DNA of 32,000 bases from Propionibacterium ruminifibrarum (GCF_900289195.1 NZ_OMOH01000008.1:78884-110883); one strand, 5' to 3'. Positions 1-8,683 are shown, counted from the first letter of the stretch. Notes: a model not told the origin generated them from the letters alone. Program-made: numbers and translations.

Positions 1-2137
1 TGTCCGTGGCGGCCGCCCTGGGCATCAGAGGGGCGAGGAGCGGGTCATGAGCACCTGGTACGGGCCTGTTGAGGACATTGACGTCCAGGGCGTTCATGTC
101 GAGGGCCCGTCGGGTCGCCGTCTGGGGGGACGAGGGGGCCGGGTCGTCTGCCGGGCGGGCATGCTCCACCGCGACGGCGGGCGGGTTGGCCAGTGACTGG
201 GACAGTGCGGCCGCGCGGCGCTGCTGGGTCGGTGTGGTTGCCGGCTCGACGGCCGCGAGAGGAGGAACGGGCCGCGGGGGCTCCTCCGTCACGGGTCGCG
301 GGGGTTTCGTCGTCGCCGGAGGCCGCTGCGGCGGGACAGGGGCGGGCGCCTTGGACGGTGTCACGGTCGGCGTCGAAGCCGATCGCGGGCTGGAGAAGGT
401 GATGCGGGTACCCGAACCGATGACCGGTTCGATCACTGCGGGTGTCGGCGTGGGTACCGGCACGGACTGCCGAGTCGGCTCCTTCGACTCAGGAGGCCGC
501 TTCTGCGGGCTCGACTCGGATGCCTCGGCCGTCCGCGGGCTGGAGAAGGTGATGCGGGTGCGGGCACCGAGGAGCGGTGCCGGTGTGATGGGCGCAAGGG
601 AAGCCGGTGCCGGGGAGGGTTTCTTCGTGGTCGGCACCGACGAGGAGGGAGCGGCTTCTGCGTCTCCTGACGTCGTGGGTCTGTTCGTGGGCTGGACCAG
701 CGGGGCATTCTGCTCCGGGGGTTCGGGTCGAGGAGTCCGCGGTGGGAACGGCATGAGCTGGGGGGTGCTCTGCTGCGGGGCGGCCGGTTGGGGTTCGGAT
801 GCCTGCACGGGCGCCGAGCCGCCGACGCCGGGCCGCGGCATCGGACCCGGCCTGGAGCCAGTGGTGCGCTGCTCGGTGGCGGCGGGGCCGATCGCCGCCG
901 GGTCGCCCGTCGTGACCGGACGGGGCGTCTGTGCGGGCCGGCGGACCGGCGGGGGATCGGCTGGGCGGCTCGCTGCTGCTTGGCTCGGAACAGGTGTCGG
1001 CCGGCTCTGGGGCGTCGGGTTCACGCTGGGGCGAGGGGCCGCGGGCGCGGCCGGCACCGAACCCGTGTTCCGCACCGGGGACGCCGGCCGGGTGGCGGGC
1101 TCTGACGTGGGGCTCGCGGGACGCGGTGGCTGCGCCGGGCTCGGGGCGGGGGTCCGGCTCACGACCGGGGCGGGTCGTGGCGGTGCGGCGGGCTGCTCGG
1201 GAGCAGGAGCCGGCGCGGGGGAAACCGCCGGGATGTGAACCGTGGTGGCCTGGGAGGCGTGGGACGTGCCCTCGATGTCCTGCGCCGGGCGGACGTACAC
1301 GGCGGGACGGGCGGCTGTCGGGGCCGGTGGCTCACCACTCAGCCGTACGATCGGCAGTTTCGTCGTGGGGCTGTCGGCGAGGTCGTCGATGGTGCCGAGT
1401 CGGGCCATGTGGTCCAGGACGCTCTCACGGGTGGGGGCGGCCAGATCATCGACGATGCGCCCGTCGGCGAGGAAGAGCGCCCGGTCGGCATGAGCCGCAG
1501 CCGTGGGGTCATGGGTGACCATGACAATGGTCTGGCCCATCTCGGTGACCGAACGGGCCAGGAACGCGAGCACCTCGGCCGAACTGTGTGAGTCCAGGTT
1601 GCCGGTGGGCTCGTCGGCGAAGATGATGTCCGGCTTGCTCACCAGGGCGCGGGCACAGGCGACGCGCTGCTGCTGACCCCCGGACAGCTGCGACGGCTTG
1701 TGGGTGAGACGGTCACCGAGTCCGACGGTCTCGATCACCTGGTCGAACCAGTCCCTGTCCGGTTTGCGGCCGGCGATGGCCAACGGCAGTTCGATGTTCT
1801 CGCGGGCCGTGAGCGTAGGCACCAGGTTGAAGGCCTGGAAGATGAATCCGATGCGGTCGCGGCGCAGAGCGGTCAGCTTGGAGTCGCGCAGCGTGCTGAT
1901 GGCGGTGTCACCGATGAAGACGTCCCCACTGGTCGGTTTGTCCAGGCCGGCCACGCAGTGCATGAGCGTGGACTTGCCCGATCCGGAGGGCCCCATGACC
2001 GCCGTGAAGCGTCCCTTGGAGAAGTCGACGTTGACGTGATCGAGTGCCGTGACCTTGGCGTCACCCTGACCGTAGACCTTGGTCAGGCTGCGCGTGTGGG
2101 CAGCGACCCGCGTCAGGGTGCTCGCCGGTGCGGTCAT
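1..2137 (-). CDS. ABC transporter ATP-binding protein (MacB/LolD-type NBD) with a very long Pro/Ala/Thr/Ser-rich C-terminal region; 3' end lies beyond the window
   Basis: The ORF track omits it because no stop is reached inside the window. My hand translation of the minus strand from ATG 2137 (GGAGGA 5 nt upstream) gives [61 protein letters not shown] (Walker A). Further on come [33 protein letters not shown] and VMVTHDP. I checked every in-frame triplet from 1440 down to position 2 and found no stop. Confidence 0.85.
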   Translation of the reverse strand, partial: MTAPASTLTRVAAHTRSLTKVYGQGDAKVTALDHVNVDFSKGRFTAVMGPSGSGKSTLMHCVAGLDKPTSGDVFIGDTAISTLRDSKLTALRRDRIGFIFQAFNLVPTLTARENIELPLAIAGRKPDRDWFDQVIETVGLGDRLTHKPSQLSGGQQQRVACARALVSKPDIIFADEPTGNLDSHSSAEVLAFLARSVTEMGQTIVMVTHDPTAAAHADRALFLADGRIVDDLAAPTRESVLDHMARLGTIDDLADSPTTKLPIVRLSGEPPAPTAARPAVYVRPAQDIEGTSHASQATTVHIPAVSPAPAPAPEQPAAPPRPAPVVSRTPAPSPAQPPRPASPTSEPATRPASPVRNTGSVPAAPAAPRPSVNPTPQSRPTPVPSQAAASRPADPPPVRRPAQTPRPVTTGDPAAIGPAATEQRTTGSRPGPMPRPGVGGSAPVQASEPQPAAPQQSTPQLMPFPPRTPRPEPPEQNAPLVQPTNRPTTSGDAEAAPSSSVPTTKKPSPAPASLAPITPAPLLGARTRITFSSPRTAEASESSPQKRPPESKEPTRQSVPVPTPTPAVIEPVIGSGTRITFSSPRSASTPTVTPSKAPAPVPPQRPPATTKPPRPVTEEPPRPVPPLAAVEPATTPTQQRRAAALSQSLANPPAVAVEHARPADDPAPSSPQTATRRALDMNALDVNVLNRPVPGAHDPLLAPLMPRAAATD
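384..559 (-). repeat. In-frame duplicated 26-nt segment (384-409 identical to 534-559) inside the ABC-protein tail
   Basis: cgcgggctggagaaggtgatgcgggt occurs twice, 150 nt apart (a multiple of 3). The two peptides are [23 protein letters not shown] and [23 protein letters not shown]. Confidence 0.8.
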
Positions 2138-2261
2138 GACGGTCCTCCATTGTCTGTGCCGACCATCACAGCCTATCCGTGATTCCCCTCGATGACCCGG
2201 CCCGGTCCACACGAACGCATCCCCGTCGGCCGGCCCCACCCGTCATCGCAGGCTGTTCTCC

Positions 2262-2702
2262 TCAAGCAGAAGGAAGGAACTCCCCAAGGACATCGAGTTG
2301 GGTCTTGAGGTCACCGGCGTCCACATCACATGCGGCGTACATCCTGTTCAACTCGCCGGGGATCGAAGCGGCATCGTCCTGCAGGGCACGCCCCGCGTCG
2401 GTGAGAGTGATGACCGCCCTGCGCTCGTCGGCATCGTCCCGGGAGCGCGTGATGTGGCCACTGGCCTCAAGACGCCTCAGCAGAGGTGTCAGGGTGCCAC
2501 TGTCCAGCCCCAGCCGGGCACCGATCTGTTTCACGCTGAGTCCCTCGTTCTCCTGCCACAGGACGATCATCACGAGGTACTGCGGGTAGGTGAGCCCGAG
2601 TCCCTTCAGCAGGGGGCGGTAGGCGCGGATGACCGCTCTGCTCGCCCGATAGAGCGAGAAGCAGAGTTGGTGGTCCAGTCCGAGCTCCGGATGTTGCGAC
2701 AT
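2262..2702 (-). CDS. ohrR: MarR-family organic hydroperoxide resistance regulator OhrR (two-Cys type)
   Basis: The 146-aa ORF aligns along its length with my memory of B. subtilis OhrR (DHQLCFSLYRASR..., LTYPQYLVMIVLW, LDSGTLTPLLRRLE). The sensing Cys lies in the LCFSLY motif and a second Cys lies near the C-terminus (AACDVD). ohr is nearby. Confidence 0.85.
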   Translation of the reverse strand: MSQHPELGLDHQLCFSLYRASRAVIRAYRPLLKGLGLTYPQYLVMIVLWQENEGLSVKQIGARLGLDSGTLTPLLRRLEASGHITRSRDDADERRAVITLTDAGRALQDDAASIPGELNRMYAACDVDAGDLKTQLDVLGEFLPSA

Positions 2703-2720
2703 GCACCAAACCTAGCAAAA

Positions 2721-2758
2721 AGATTGTTACCAATCTAATTGCTCACAATCTAATTGTG
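2721..2758. promoter_or_regulatory. Nested AT-rich palindromes in the ohrR / bfr-like divergent spacer; candidate OhrR operator
   Basis: AGATTG-ttac-CAATCT lies at 2721-2736. CAAT-cta-ATTG lies at 2731-2741. The perfect CACAAT-cta-ATTGTG lies at 2744-2758. These resemble the ACAATT..AATTGT-type OhrR boxes. Confidence 0.55.
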
Positions 2759-2821
2759 TGCAATGGTGCTCATGCCAGGCGGGAACACCCGCAAGCCGAA
2801 TGCGAGAGGCACGAATCAACC

Positions 2822-3316
2822 ATGACCGAGCAGAGTGTCGATCAGAACAAGAACGAGGTCATCACCACCCTCAATGAACTCCTGGGCGTCTACTGGGCGG
2901 GATCGGCTCAGCACCAGGCCCACGTGAAGCTCCTGGATTCTTGGGGTCTGGCGGGCCTGAGTGCAGACATGAAGGCTCGGACCGATGACGAACCCGAAAC
3001 CATCTCGGAGCTGACCGATCGGCTGCTCGACCTGGGTGGCACGCCCGACATCACCTTCCCCCAGGTGCACGTCGGCTCCTCGCTCCGTGAGGTCCTGGAG
3101 AACGACATGGCGCTGCAGCGCAATGCCAGCGAGTCGCTCAACGAGATCGCCGAGCGGATGGGCCGGGCCCACGACGCCACGACGCGGCGCCTCATCGAAG
3201 ACATCCTCGCCGACGAGGAACAGCACCTGTACTGGCTCGAGAGCGAGATCGAACTGCTCGACAAGCTCGGCGAACAGCTCTACACGGCGGCTCGTCTCAC
3301 CCCGGCCACGCACTGA
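2822..3316 (+). CDS. Bacterioferritin-like (ferritin-like four-helix-bundle) protein with a degenerate di-iron site
   Basis: The internal ATG at 2822 of ORF 2756..3316 gives MTEQSVDQNKNEVITTLNELLG... This aligns colinearly with E. coli Bfr as I recall it (WGL, RLLDLGG.P, ILADEEQHLYWLESE). The 2756 start adds a non-homologous 22-aa extension. Confidence 0.75.
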   Translation: MTEQSVDQNKNEVITTLNELLGVYWAGSAQHQAHVKLLDSWGLAGLSADMKARTDDEPETISELTDRLLDLGGTPDITFPQVHVGSSLREVLENDMALQRNASESLNEIAERMGRAHDATTRRLIEDILADEEQHLYWLESEIELLDKLGEQLYTAARLTPATH

Positions 3317-3358
3317 CGTCATCGTGGCGACTGATCACTCACCAGGGAAAGGAACATC

Positions 3359-3778
3359 ATGGAGACCCTCTACACGACTGAGGCACTGAGCACCGGTGCG
3401 GGCCGCAACGGCCATGTTCGCACCACTGACGGCCGGGTCGATCTGGACCTGGCGGCCCCGAAGGAACTCGGTGGCAGCGGCGACGGGGCCAACCCGGAAC
3501 AGCTCTTCGCCTCCGGCTACTCGGCGTGCTTCCACTCGGCCCTGCTCGGCGTCGCGCGGACGAAGAAGGTCGATGTCACCGACTCGAGCGTCGGGGCCCG
3601 CGTCTCGATGGGCCGGCAGGGTGACGGATACGGCCTCGAGGTGACCCTTGAGGTCACACTTCCCGGCATCGACCACGAGCTGGCCACCGAACTGGCCGAA
3701 GCGGCGCACCAGGTGTGCCCCTACTCGAACGCCACTCGTGGGAACATTCCGGTGAACGTCATCGTCACTGACGACTGA
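3359..3778 (+). CDS. ohr: Organic hydroperoxide resistance protein Ohr (OsmC/Ohr family thiol peroxidase)
   Basis: The 139-aa ORF carries the Ohr hallmarks: GAGRNG (Arg), NPEQLFA (Glu), SACF and VCPYSNATRGNI (the two catalytic Cys). A GGGAAAGGAAC RBS lies upstream. Confidence 0.92.
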   Translation: METLYTTEALSTGAGRNGHVRTTDGRVDLDLAAPKELGGSGDGANPEQLFASGYSACFHSALLGVARTKKVDVTDSSVGARVSMGRQGDGYGLEVTLEVTLPGIDHELATELAEAAHQVCPYSNATRGNIPVNVIVTDD

Positions 3779-3800
3779 CCGGCTCGGGGCCAGAGGCGAG

Positions 3801-4027
3801 TAATCCACTGCCCCTGTGTTGAAGAGCGTGTCAACGTTGTTAAGTGATTCATCCTCTTAACAGCTGTGGAAACTGTGGGGAAGAGCTGTTCGGGCTTGTC
3901 ATCTCCTACTCGTCCTGGGGATGACCTGGTGACGGGTCAATGCTGCCGGACCACGGTCCGGTGGATTTCCCGTCCTCATGGGGACGGGCCCGCACATGTC
4001 ATCCACCGAATCCCCGAGTTGTCCACA
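3801..4027. promoter_or_regulatory. DnaA-box cluster plus AT-rich stem-loop downstream of dnaA (oriC-like)
   Basis: A perfect TTGTCCACA lies at 4019-4027. Weaker boxes (7/9) are TAATCCACT 3801-3809, the tandem pair TGTGGAAAC 3865-3873 and TGTGGGGAA 3874-3882, and TCATCCACC 3999-4007. An AT-rich hairpin GTTAAG..CTTAAC lies at 3839-3861. Confidence 0.55.
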
Positions 4028-4176
4028 GGGCCATCACCAGCGCGGCACGCCCGTTACCAGATTCGCGAGAAGGGTCACCGGGCGTGCCGCGCCGTGCATG
4101 GAATCGCGCTGTGCGTTGAATACTGACGGTGGGTGACAGGGACGGCCGAGGACAGCTCGTCCGCGTGACGGGCCGG

Positions 4177-5664
4177 TCAGCCGCGTGCCGCCGCCTGCTT
4201 GATCCTGTTGGTGAGTTCGGACACCTGGTTGAACACGCTGCGCTGCTTGCGCATGAGTTCGCGGATCTTGCGGTCGGCATGCATGACGGTGGTGTGGTCC
4301 TTGCCCCCGAACTCCTGGCCGATCTTCGGCAGCGACAGGTCGGTGAGTTCTCGGCACAGGTACATGGCGATCTGTCGGGCCAGGACGAGAGGTTGCGTCC
4401 TGCTCGAACTCGACAGCGCATCGACCGAGACGTCGAAGTACTTGGCGGTCTCGCTGATGATGAGCTGGGCACTCACCTCCGCATCCGCCCCATCGGGGAT
4501 GAGATCGGCGAGCACCCGATCAGCCAGGTCGAGGGTGACCGGTTCCTTGTTGAGCGAGGCGAAGGCGGTGACACGGATGAGCGCGCCCTCGAGCTCGCGA
4601 ATGTTCGTCTGGATCCGTGAGCCGATGAACTCGAGCACATCCGTCGGCATGAGCAGCTGCTCGGCGGCCGCCTTGCGCTGCAGGATCGCGATGCGCGTCT
4701 CCAGGTCCGGGGGCTGGATGTCGGTGATCAGGCCCCACTCGAACCGGCTGCGCAGCCTGGATTCGAGCTGTTCGAGCGCCTTCGGCGGGCGGTCGGAGGT
4801 GAGCACGATCTGCTTCTGGGCGTTGTGCAGCGCGTTGAAGGTGTAGAAGAACTCCTCCTGCGTCTGCGTCTTGCCCTCGAGGAACTGGATGTCGTCGATC
4901 AGCAGCACGTCGACGTCGTCGCGGTACTTGCGGCGGAACTCGACGGTGCGGTTCTCGCCGACCGCGTTGATGAACTCGTTGGTCATCTCCTCGGTGGAGA
5001 CGTACTTGACCCGAACGTCCTCGTAGTAGTCGAGGACGTAGTGACCCAGCGCATGCAGCAGGTGCGTCTTCCCCAGGCCGGACTCCCCGTAGATCATCAG
5101 CGGGTTGTACGCCTTGCCAGGCGCCTCGGCCACTGCCACCGCGGCGGCGTGCGCGAAGCGATTCGAGTCGCCGATGACGAAGTTGTCGAAGGTGTACCGC
5201 GGGTTCAGGCTCTCGTCGGAGCCGTTCTGCTCCTGGGTTGCCGGCGTGCCGGGGGTCTGGCCCCGCAGCAGCGGTTGTGCACCCTTGCGCGGGACGAAGC
5301 GGACCGGGGGCTCCTCGGTGTCGTCGGGCTCGTCGTCGTGGTCGGGTGCGCGCAGATCGAGCTCGAGGTCCGGTTCGATCGTGATCGCCAGGTGCATCGA
5401 GCGGCGGTAGTAGTCGCTGAGCGCCTCCTCGAGCGCGCCCCTCATCTTCGTCTCGATGCGTTCTCTCGTGAAGTCGTTGGGAACGGCGACCATCATGGTC
5501 GACTCGTGGACGGTCAGGGGTTTCGCGTTGCGCAGGAAGGCGCCCCCGCTGGCACCGCACTCGCTGAGGACGTGCGCCCACGCCTGCTTGAAGTCAGGCT
5601 CACTGCGGGTCCCGCCAGGCTCGATCGCCACGCCGTCTCCCCTCCGTGCACCTGTCCGCCGCAT
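4177..5664 (-). CDS. dnaA: Chromosomal replication initiator protein DnaA
   Basis: The 495-aa ORF shows the AAA+ motifs (IYGESGLGKTHLLHA, LLIDDIQFL) and the C-terminal DNA-binding domain (KDHTTVMHA). The start is uncertain. GTG at 5631 is preceded by AGGGGAGA and may be the true start. Confidence 0.95.
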   Translation of the reverse strand: MRRTGARRGDGVAIEPGGTRSEPDFKQAWAHVLSECGASGGAFLRNAKPLTVHESTMMVAVPNDFTRERIETKMRGALEEALSDYYRRSMHLAITIEPDLELDLRAPDHDDEPDDTEEPPVRFVPRKGAQPLLRGQTPGTPATQEQNGSDESLNPRYTFDNFVIGDSNRFAHAAAVAVAEAPGKAYNPLMIYGESGLGKTHLLHALGHYVLDYYEDVRVKYVSTEEMTNEFINAVGENRTVEFRRKYRDDVDVLLIDDIQFLEGKTQTQEEFFYTFNALHNAQKQIVLTSDRPPKALEQLESRLRSRFEWGLITDIQPPDLETRIAILQRKAAAEQLLMPTDVLEFIGSRIQTNIRELEGALIRVTAFASLNKEPVTLDLADRVLADLIPDGADAEVSAQLIISETAKYFDVSVDALSSSSRTQPLVLARQIAMYLCRELTDLSLPKIGQEFGGKDHTTVMHADRKIRELMRKQRSVFNQVSELTNRIKQAAARG

Positions 5665-5728
5665 TCACCGCTGGGGTGTTGCGCGTGCCGAGAGATGCTC
5701 GCTTGCACGTCGAATAATCGTTGTACAC

Positions 5729-5782
5729 CTGTCCACAAAATTATCCACAAGCGTGGGAACATGTGGACAACTTGGGTCCACA
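5729..5782. promoter_or_regulatory. Four clustered DnaA boxes in the dnaA-rpmH spacer
   Basis: The boxes are CTGTCCACA 5729-5737, TTATCCACA 5741-5749 (perfect E. coli-type), TGTGGACAA 5762-5770 (reverse of TTGTCCACA) and GGGTCCACA 5774-5782. Confidence 0.7.
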
Positions 5783-5985
5783 CGCCAGGAGTGGCCCTGC
5801 CGTGGTCTGTTGCAGCGACTCCGGCAACGCTAGCTGCCATGCCTTGATCGCGCAACACGTCACTGTGGAATCTACGCCCCGCTCGGCGTGTCGGCTGGAC
5901 TGGGGTATGAGAATGACATCCGAGTAGTTCACGGACTCGGGTGCTGCTTTTGTGGATGCGCCCGTCGCGGCCTAAACTTGACAGG

Positions 5986-6001
5986 CCGCTGACGTCAGCG
6001 G
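5986..6001. promoter_or_regulatory. 16-bp perfect palindrome CCGCTGACGTCAGCGG just downstream of a TTGACA hexamer (5978-5983), upstream of rpmH
   Basis: Read directly from the sequence. Its function is unknown. A -35-like TTGACA abuts it. Confidence 0.35.
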
Positions 6002-6107
6002 ACGCCGTCGTCGGTTCATCAACTGGTTCCGGGATGCTCGGAACCAGGCGGCGAGCTGATGATGGCGATGCGAAACGCCCTTCACCGACACAGTAGGGAG
6101 CCTTCCC

Positions 6108-6245
6108 GTGAGCAAGCGCACGTACCAGCCCAGCAATCGTCGTCGGGCCCGTACCCACGGGTTCCGTGCCCGCATGCGAACCCGCGCCGGCCGTGCCATC
6201 CTGTCGGCCCGTCGTCGCAAGGGCCGTTCCGAGCTGTCCGCATAG
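6108..6245 (+). CDS. rpmH: 50S ribosomal protein L34
   Basis: It falls below the track size cut-off. GTG at 6108 translates to [45 protein letters not shown] and ends at TAG 6243-6245. GGGAG lies upstream. Confidence 0.95.
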   Translation: MSKRTYQPSNRRRARTHGFRARMRTRAGRAILSARRRKGRSELSA

Positions 6246-6247
6246 TC

Positions 6248-6622
6248 GTGTTGCCCGCCCCGGCGCGGCTTCGGCAGTCCAAGGACTTCAAGGCAACAGT
6301 GCGCCACGGTGTGCGGACCGGCCGGCCGACAGTCGTCGTCCATGCCGACCTCGCCGAACAGCCCGGCGTCCCCAGCGATGGCGTGGTCTCGGCGCGGGTC
6401 GGTTTCGTCGTGTCCAGGAAAGTCGGCAACGCCGTCACCCGCAACAGGGTCCGCAGACGGCTTCGGCACTTGGCTGCGGCACAGCTCCGTGATGGGGTCA
6501 GGGCCGATCTGCGAGTCGTCGTCCGTGCGCTCCCGGCGGCGGCGACGCAGCCAGACCGTCTCGCCGATGATTTCCGAGCGGCGTGGCGCAAGAGCATTGA
6601 GCGACTGGAGGCCAGGGCGTGA
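6248..6622 (+). CDS. rnpA: Ribonuclease P protein component
   Basis: An in-frame GTG 3 nt after the rpmH stop gives [23 protein letters not shown]...VVVH...[22 protein letters not shown]. The position after rpmH is canonical. The 6059 track start is an over-extension across rpmH. Confidence 0.9.
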   Translation: MLPAPARLRQSKDFKATVRHGVRTGRPTVVVHADLAEQPGVPSDGVVSARVGFVVSRKVGNAVTRNRVRRRLRHLAAAQLRDGVRADLRVVVRALPAAATQPDRLADDFRAAWRKSIERLEARA

Positions 6623-6936
6623 AGCATCTGCTCATCGCGTTCGTGAAGGGCTGGCGGGCCCTCATCTCACCGCTGTACGGCGATGTGTGCAAGTACTACC
6701 CGACATGCTCGGCGTACGGGCTCGAGGCTCTTCAGATCCATGGCGCCCTCAGGGGCAGCCGGCTCATCATGCGGCGCCTGGTGCGCTGCCACCCATGGTC
6801 CATGGGCGGGATCGATCCCGTACCAGGATCCCCGCTCGAAGCTCGGCTCCTCGCCGAGGCAGACAACGACACCCGGGGCACTCGCCCCGACGAGCACTCC
6901 TTGGCGAACGATGACGAGTGCATTCCGATGAGGTGA
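6619..6936 (+). CDS. yidD: Membrane protein insertion efficiency factor YidD
   Basis: The sequence [45 protein letters not shown] matches YidD. The GTGA start overlaps the rnpA stop. Confidence 0.9.
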   Translation: MKHLLIAFVKGWRALISPLYGDVCKYYPTCSAYGLEALQIHGALRGSRLIMRRLVRCHPWSMGGIDPVPGSPLEARLLAEADNDTRGTRPDEHSLANDDECIPMR

Positions 6937-8024
6937 ATGAGTTGAACCTTCTCATGACAGTGATGGCCCTGGGTGACATCGGTTCCGCCATCATGCAGCC
7001 GCTGTACTGGGCGGTGAGCGGCATCATCGTTGCGGCCCACTGGTTGTTCTCTCAGTTCATGAACCCTGACACGGGTCTGACCTGGCTGCTCTCCATCGTC
7101 CTGCTGACCTGCTTCATCCGGCTGCTCATGATGCCGCTGTACGCTAAGCAGCTGAACTCCTCGCGGGCGATGCAGTCGCTCCAGCCGAGGCTGGAGGCAC
7201 TGCAGAAGAAGTACGGCGCCGACCGCGAACGCCTGGGCCAGGAGACGATGAAGCTGTACCAGGAGGAGGGGGTCAACCCCATGTCCTCCTGTCTCCCCCT
7301 GCTCATCCAGCTGCCCATCTTCTGGGCGTTGTTCCGGGTGCTCAACTCCGCTTCGCGGGGCACCGATGTCAAGGGCTACTGGCTGAGCCGTGACGCCGGC
7401 CTGGTCGACTCGCTGAGCAACGCCCACATCTTCGGGGCCAAGCTGTCGGGAACCTTCTGGCCCCTCAGCAGTGGTTTCGGTGCCACCCAGGTCTTCGCGA
7501 TGGTTCTCGTCATCACGATGACCGCGCTCATGTTCTTCCAGCAGCTGCACATGCTCAAGCGGAACATGCCGCCGAGCGCGCAGACCGGCCCGATGGCCCA
7601 GCAGCAGAAGATGATGCTGTACATGTTCCCGCTGATGTACCTGTTCAGCGGATTCGCGATCCCGATCGGCGTGCTGCTCTACTGGCTCACGACGAACATC
7701 TGGACGATGGCGCAGCAGTACATCATCATCCGCAACTACCCCACTCCTGGCACCCCCGCCTACATCGAGTGGGAGGAGCGGATGCGCGCCAAGGGGCGCG
7801 ACCCGAAGCAGATCGAGCGCACCCGTGCAGACCGCGCCCGCAAGAAGCCCCGCACCGCAGGACCCACCGAGGCCGTCAAGACCGACGACAGTGGCAGGGC
7901 CGTCGTCAATCGACAGGGCACGACGCGTCAGACCACCCGGAAGACGACGACCGGCAACGGTGCCCAGCGACAGGTCGTGCGCCGTCAGCCGGTACGAACG
8001 ACCAAGTCACAGCGCAAGAAGTAG
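6918..8024 (+). CDS. yidC: Membrane protein insertase YidC with a basic C-terminal tail
   Basis: YidC/Oxa1 core motifs are present (MMPLYAKQ, KLYQEEGVNPMSSCLPLLIQLPIF, YWLTTNIWTMAQQ). The start is ambiguous between GTG 6918, GTG 6933, TTG 6942 (GAGG 8 nt upstream) and ATG 6954. Confidence 0.9.
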   Translation: MHSDEVNELNLLMTVMALGDIGSAIMQPLYWAVSGIIVAAHWLFSQFMNPDTGLTWLLSIVLLTCFIRLLMMPLYAKQLNSSRAMQSLQPRLEALQKKYGADRERLGQETMKLYQEEGVNPMSSCLPLLIQLPIFWALFRVLNSASRGTDVKGYWLSRDAGLVDSLSNAHIFGAKLSGTFWPLSSGFGATQVFAMVLVITMTALMFFQQLHMLKRNMPPSAQTGPMAQQQKMMLYMFPLMYLFSGFAIPIGVLLYWLTTNIWTMAQQYIIIRNYPTPGTPAYIEWEERMRAKGRDPKQIERTRADRARKKPRTAGPTEAVKTDDSGRAVVNRQGTTRQTTRKTTTGNGAQRQVVRRQPVRTTKSQRKK

Positions 8025-8125
8025 ACGGCGTCCGAGCGGATATGGCGATAGACGATATCCGCCGGGCATCAGACACCGGTTTGGTCCCCAAGGTCTTCGG
8101 GGACAACGCATGTACGAGGAGAACC

Positions 8126-8683
8126 ATGAGCGAGAGCACTGGGCACGAGGAAGAGAACCCGTCAGACCAGGTCGTCGATGACAGCGCCGCCGTCGATTCA
8201 GAGGCGAAGACCGATGCCCTAGAGGAGCAGCTGGTCGCCGAAGGCGACATCGCCGCTGACTATCTCGAGGAATTGCTCGACATCGCCGACATGGACGGTG
8301 ACATCGACACCTACACCGAGGGCGACCGCGCCCATGTCTCGGTCGTCACCGACGACGAGACCCTGGTCGGTCCCGGCGGTGAGGTGCTCGAGGCGCTGCA
8401 GGAGCTGAGCCGACTGGCCGTCATGACAGAGACGGGTCACCGCAGCCGTCTCATGCTTGACATCGCCGGCCATCGGGCCAAGCGCCGCAAGGAGCTACAG
8501 CTCCTGGCCCAGGAGGCCATCAACGACGTCAACCAGTCGGGCGAAGCGGTTCGTCTGGCACCGATGAACCCGTTCGAACGCAAGATCGTTCACGACGCCG
8601 TTGCGGCGGCGGGTTTGTACAGCGAGTCCGAGGGGGTCGAACCCCAGCGCTGCGTGGTGATCCAGACGAGCAAACAGGATTGA
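8126..8683 (+). CDS. jag: Jag/KhpB-type KH + R3H RNA-binding protein
   Basis: The internal ATG at 8126 (GAGGAG RBS) of over-extended ORF 7769..8683 is the likely start. R3H motif ERKIVHDAV is present. The position after yidC is canonical. Confidence 0.85.
   Translation: MSESTGHEEENPSDQVVDDSAAVDSEAKTDALEEQLVAEGDIAADYLEELLDIADMDGDIDTYTEGDRAHVSVVTDDETLVGPGGEVLEALQELSRLAVMTETGHRSRLMLDIAGHRAKRRKELQLLAQEAINDVNQSGEAVRLAPMNPFERKIVHDAVAAAGLYSESEGVEPQRCVVIQTSKQD

Noticed and set aside
69-1238. 389-aa Gly/Ala/Arg-rich plus-strand ORF (and nested ORFs 193..402, 788..1105, 931..1518)
   Set aside because: It is the antisense shadow of the proline-rich minus-strand frame that continues from the ABC ATPase. 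Its Gly-rich composition mirrors the Pro codons, and it has no RBS or domain features.
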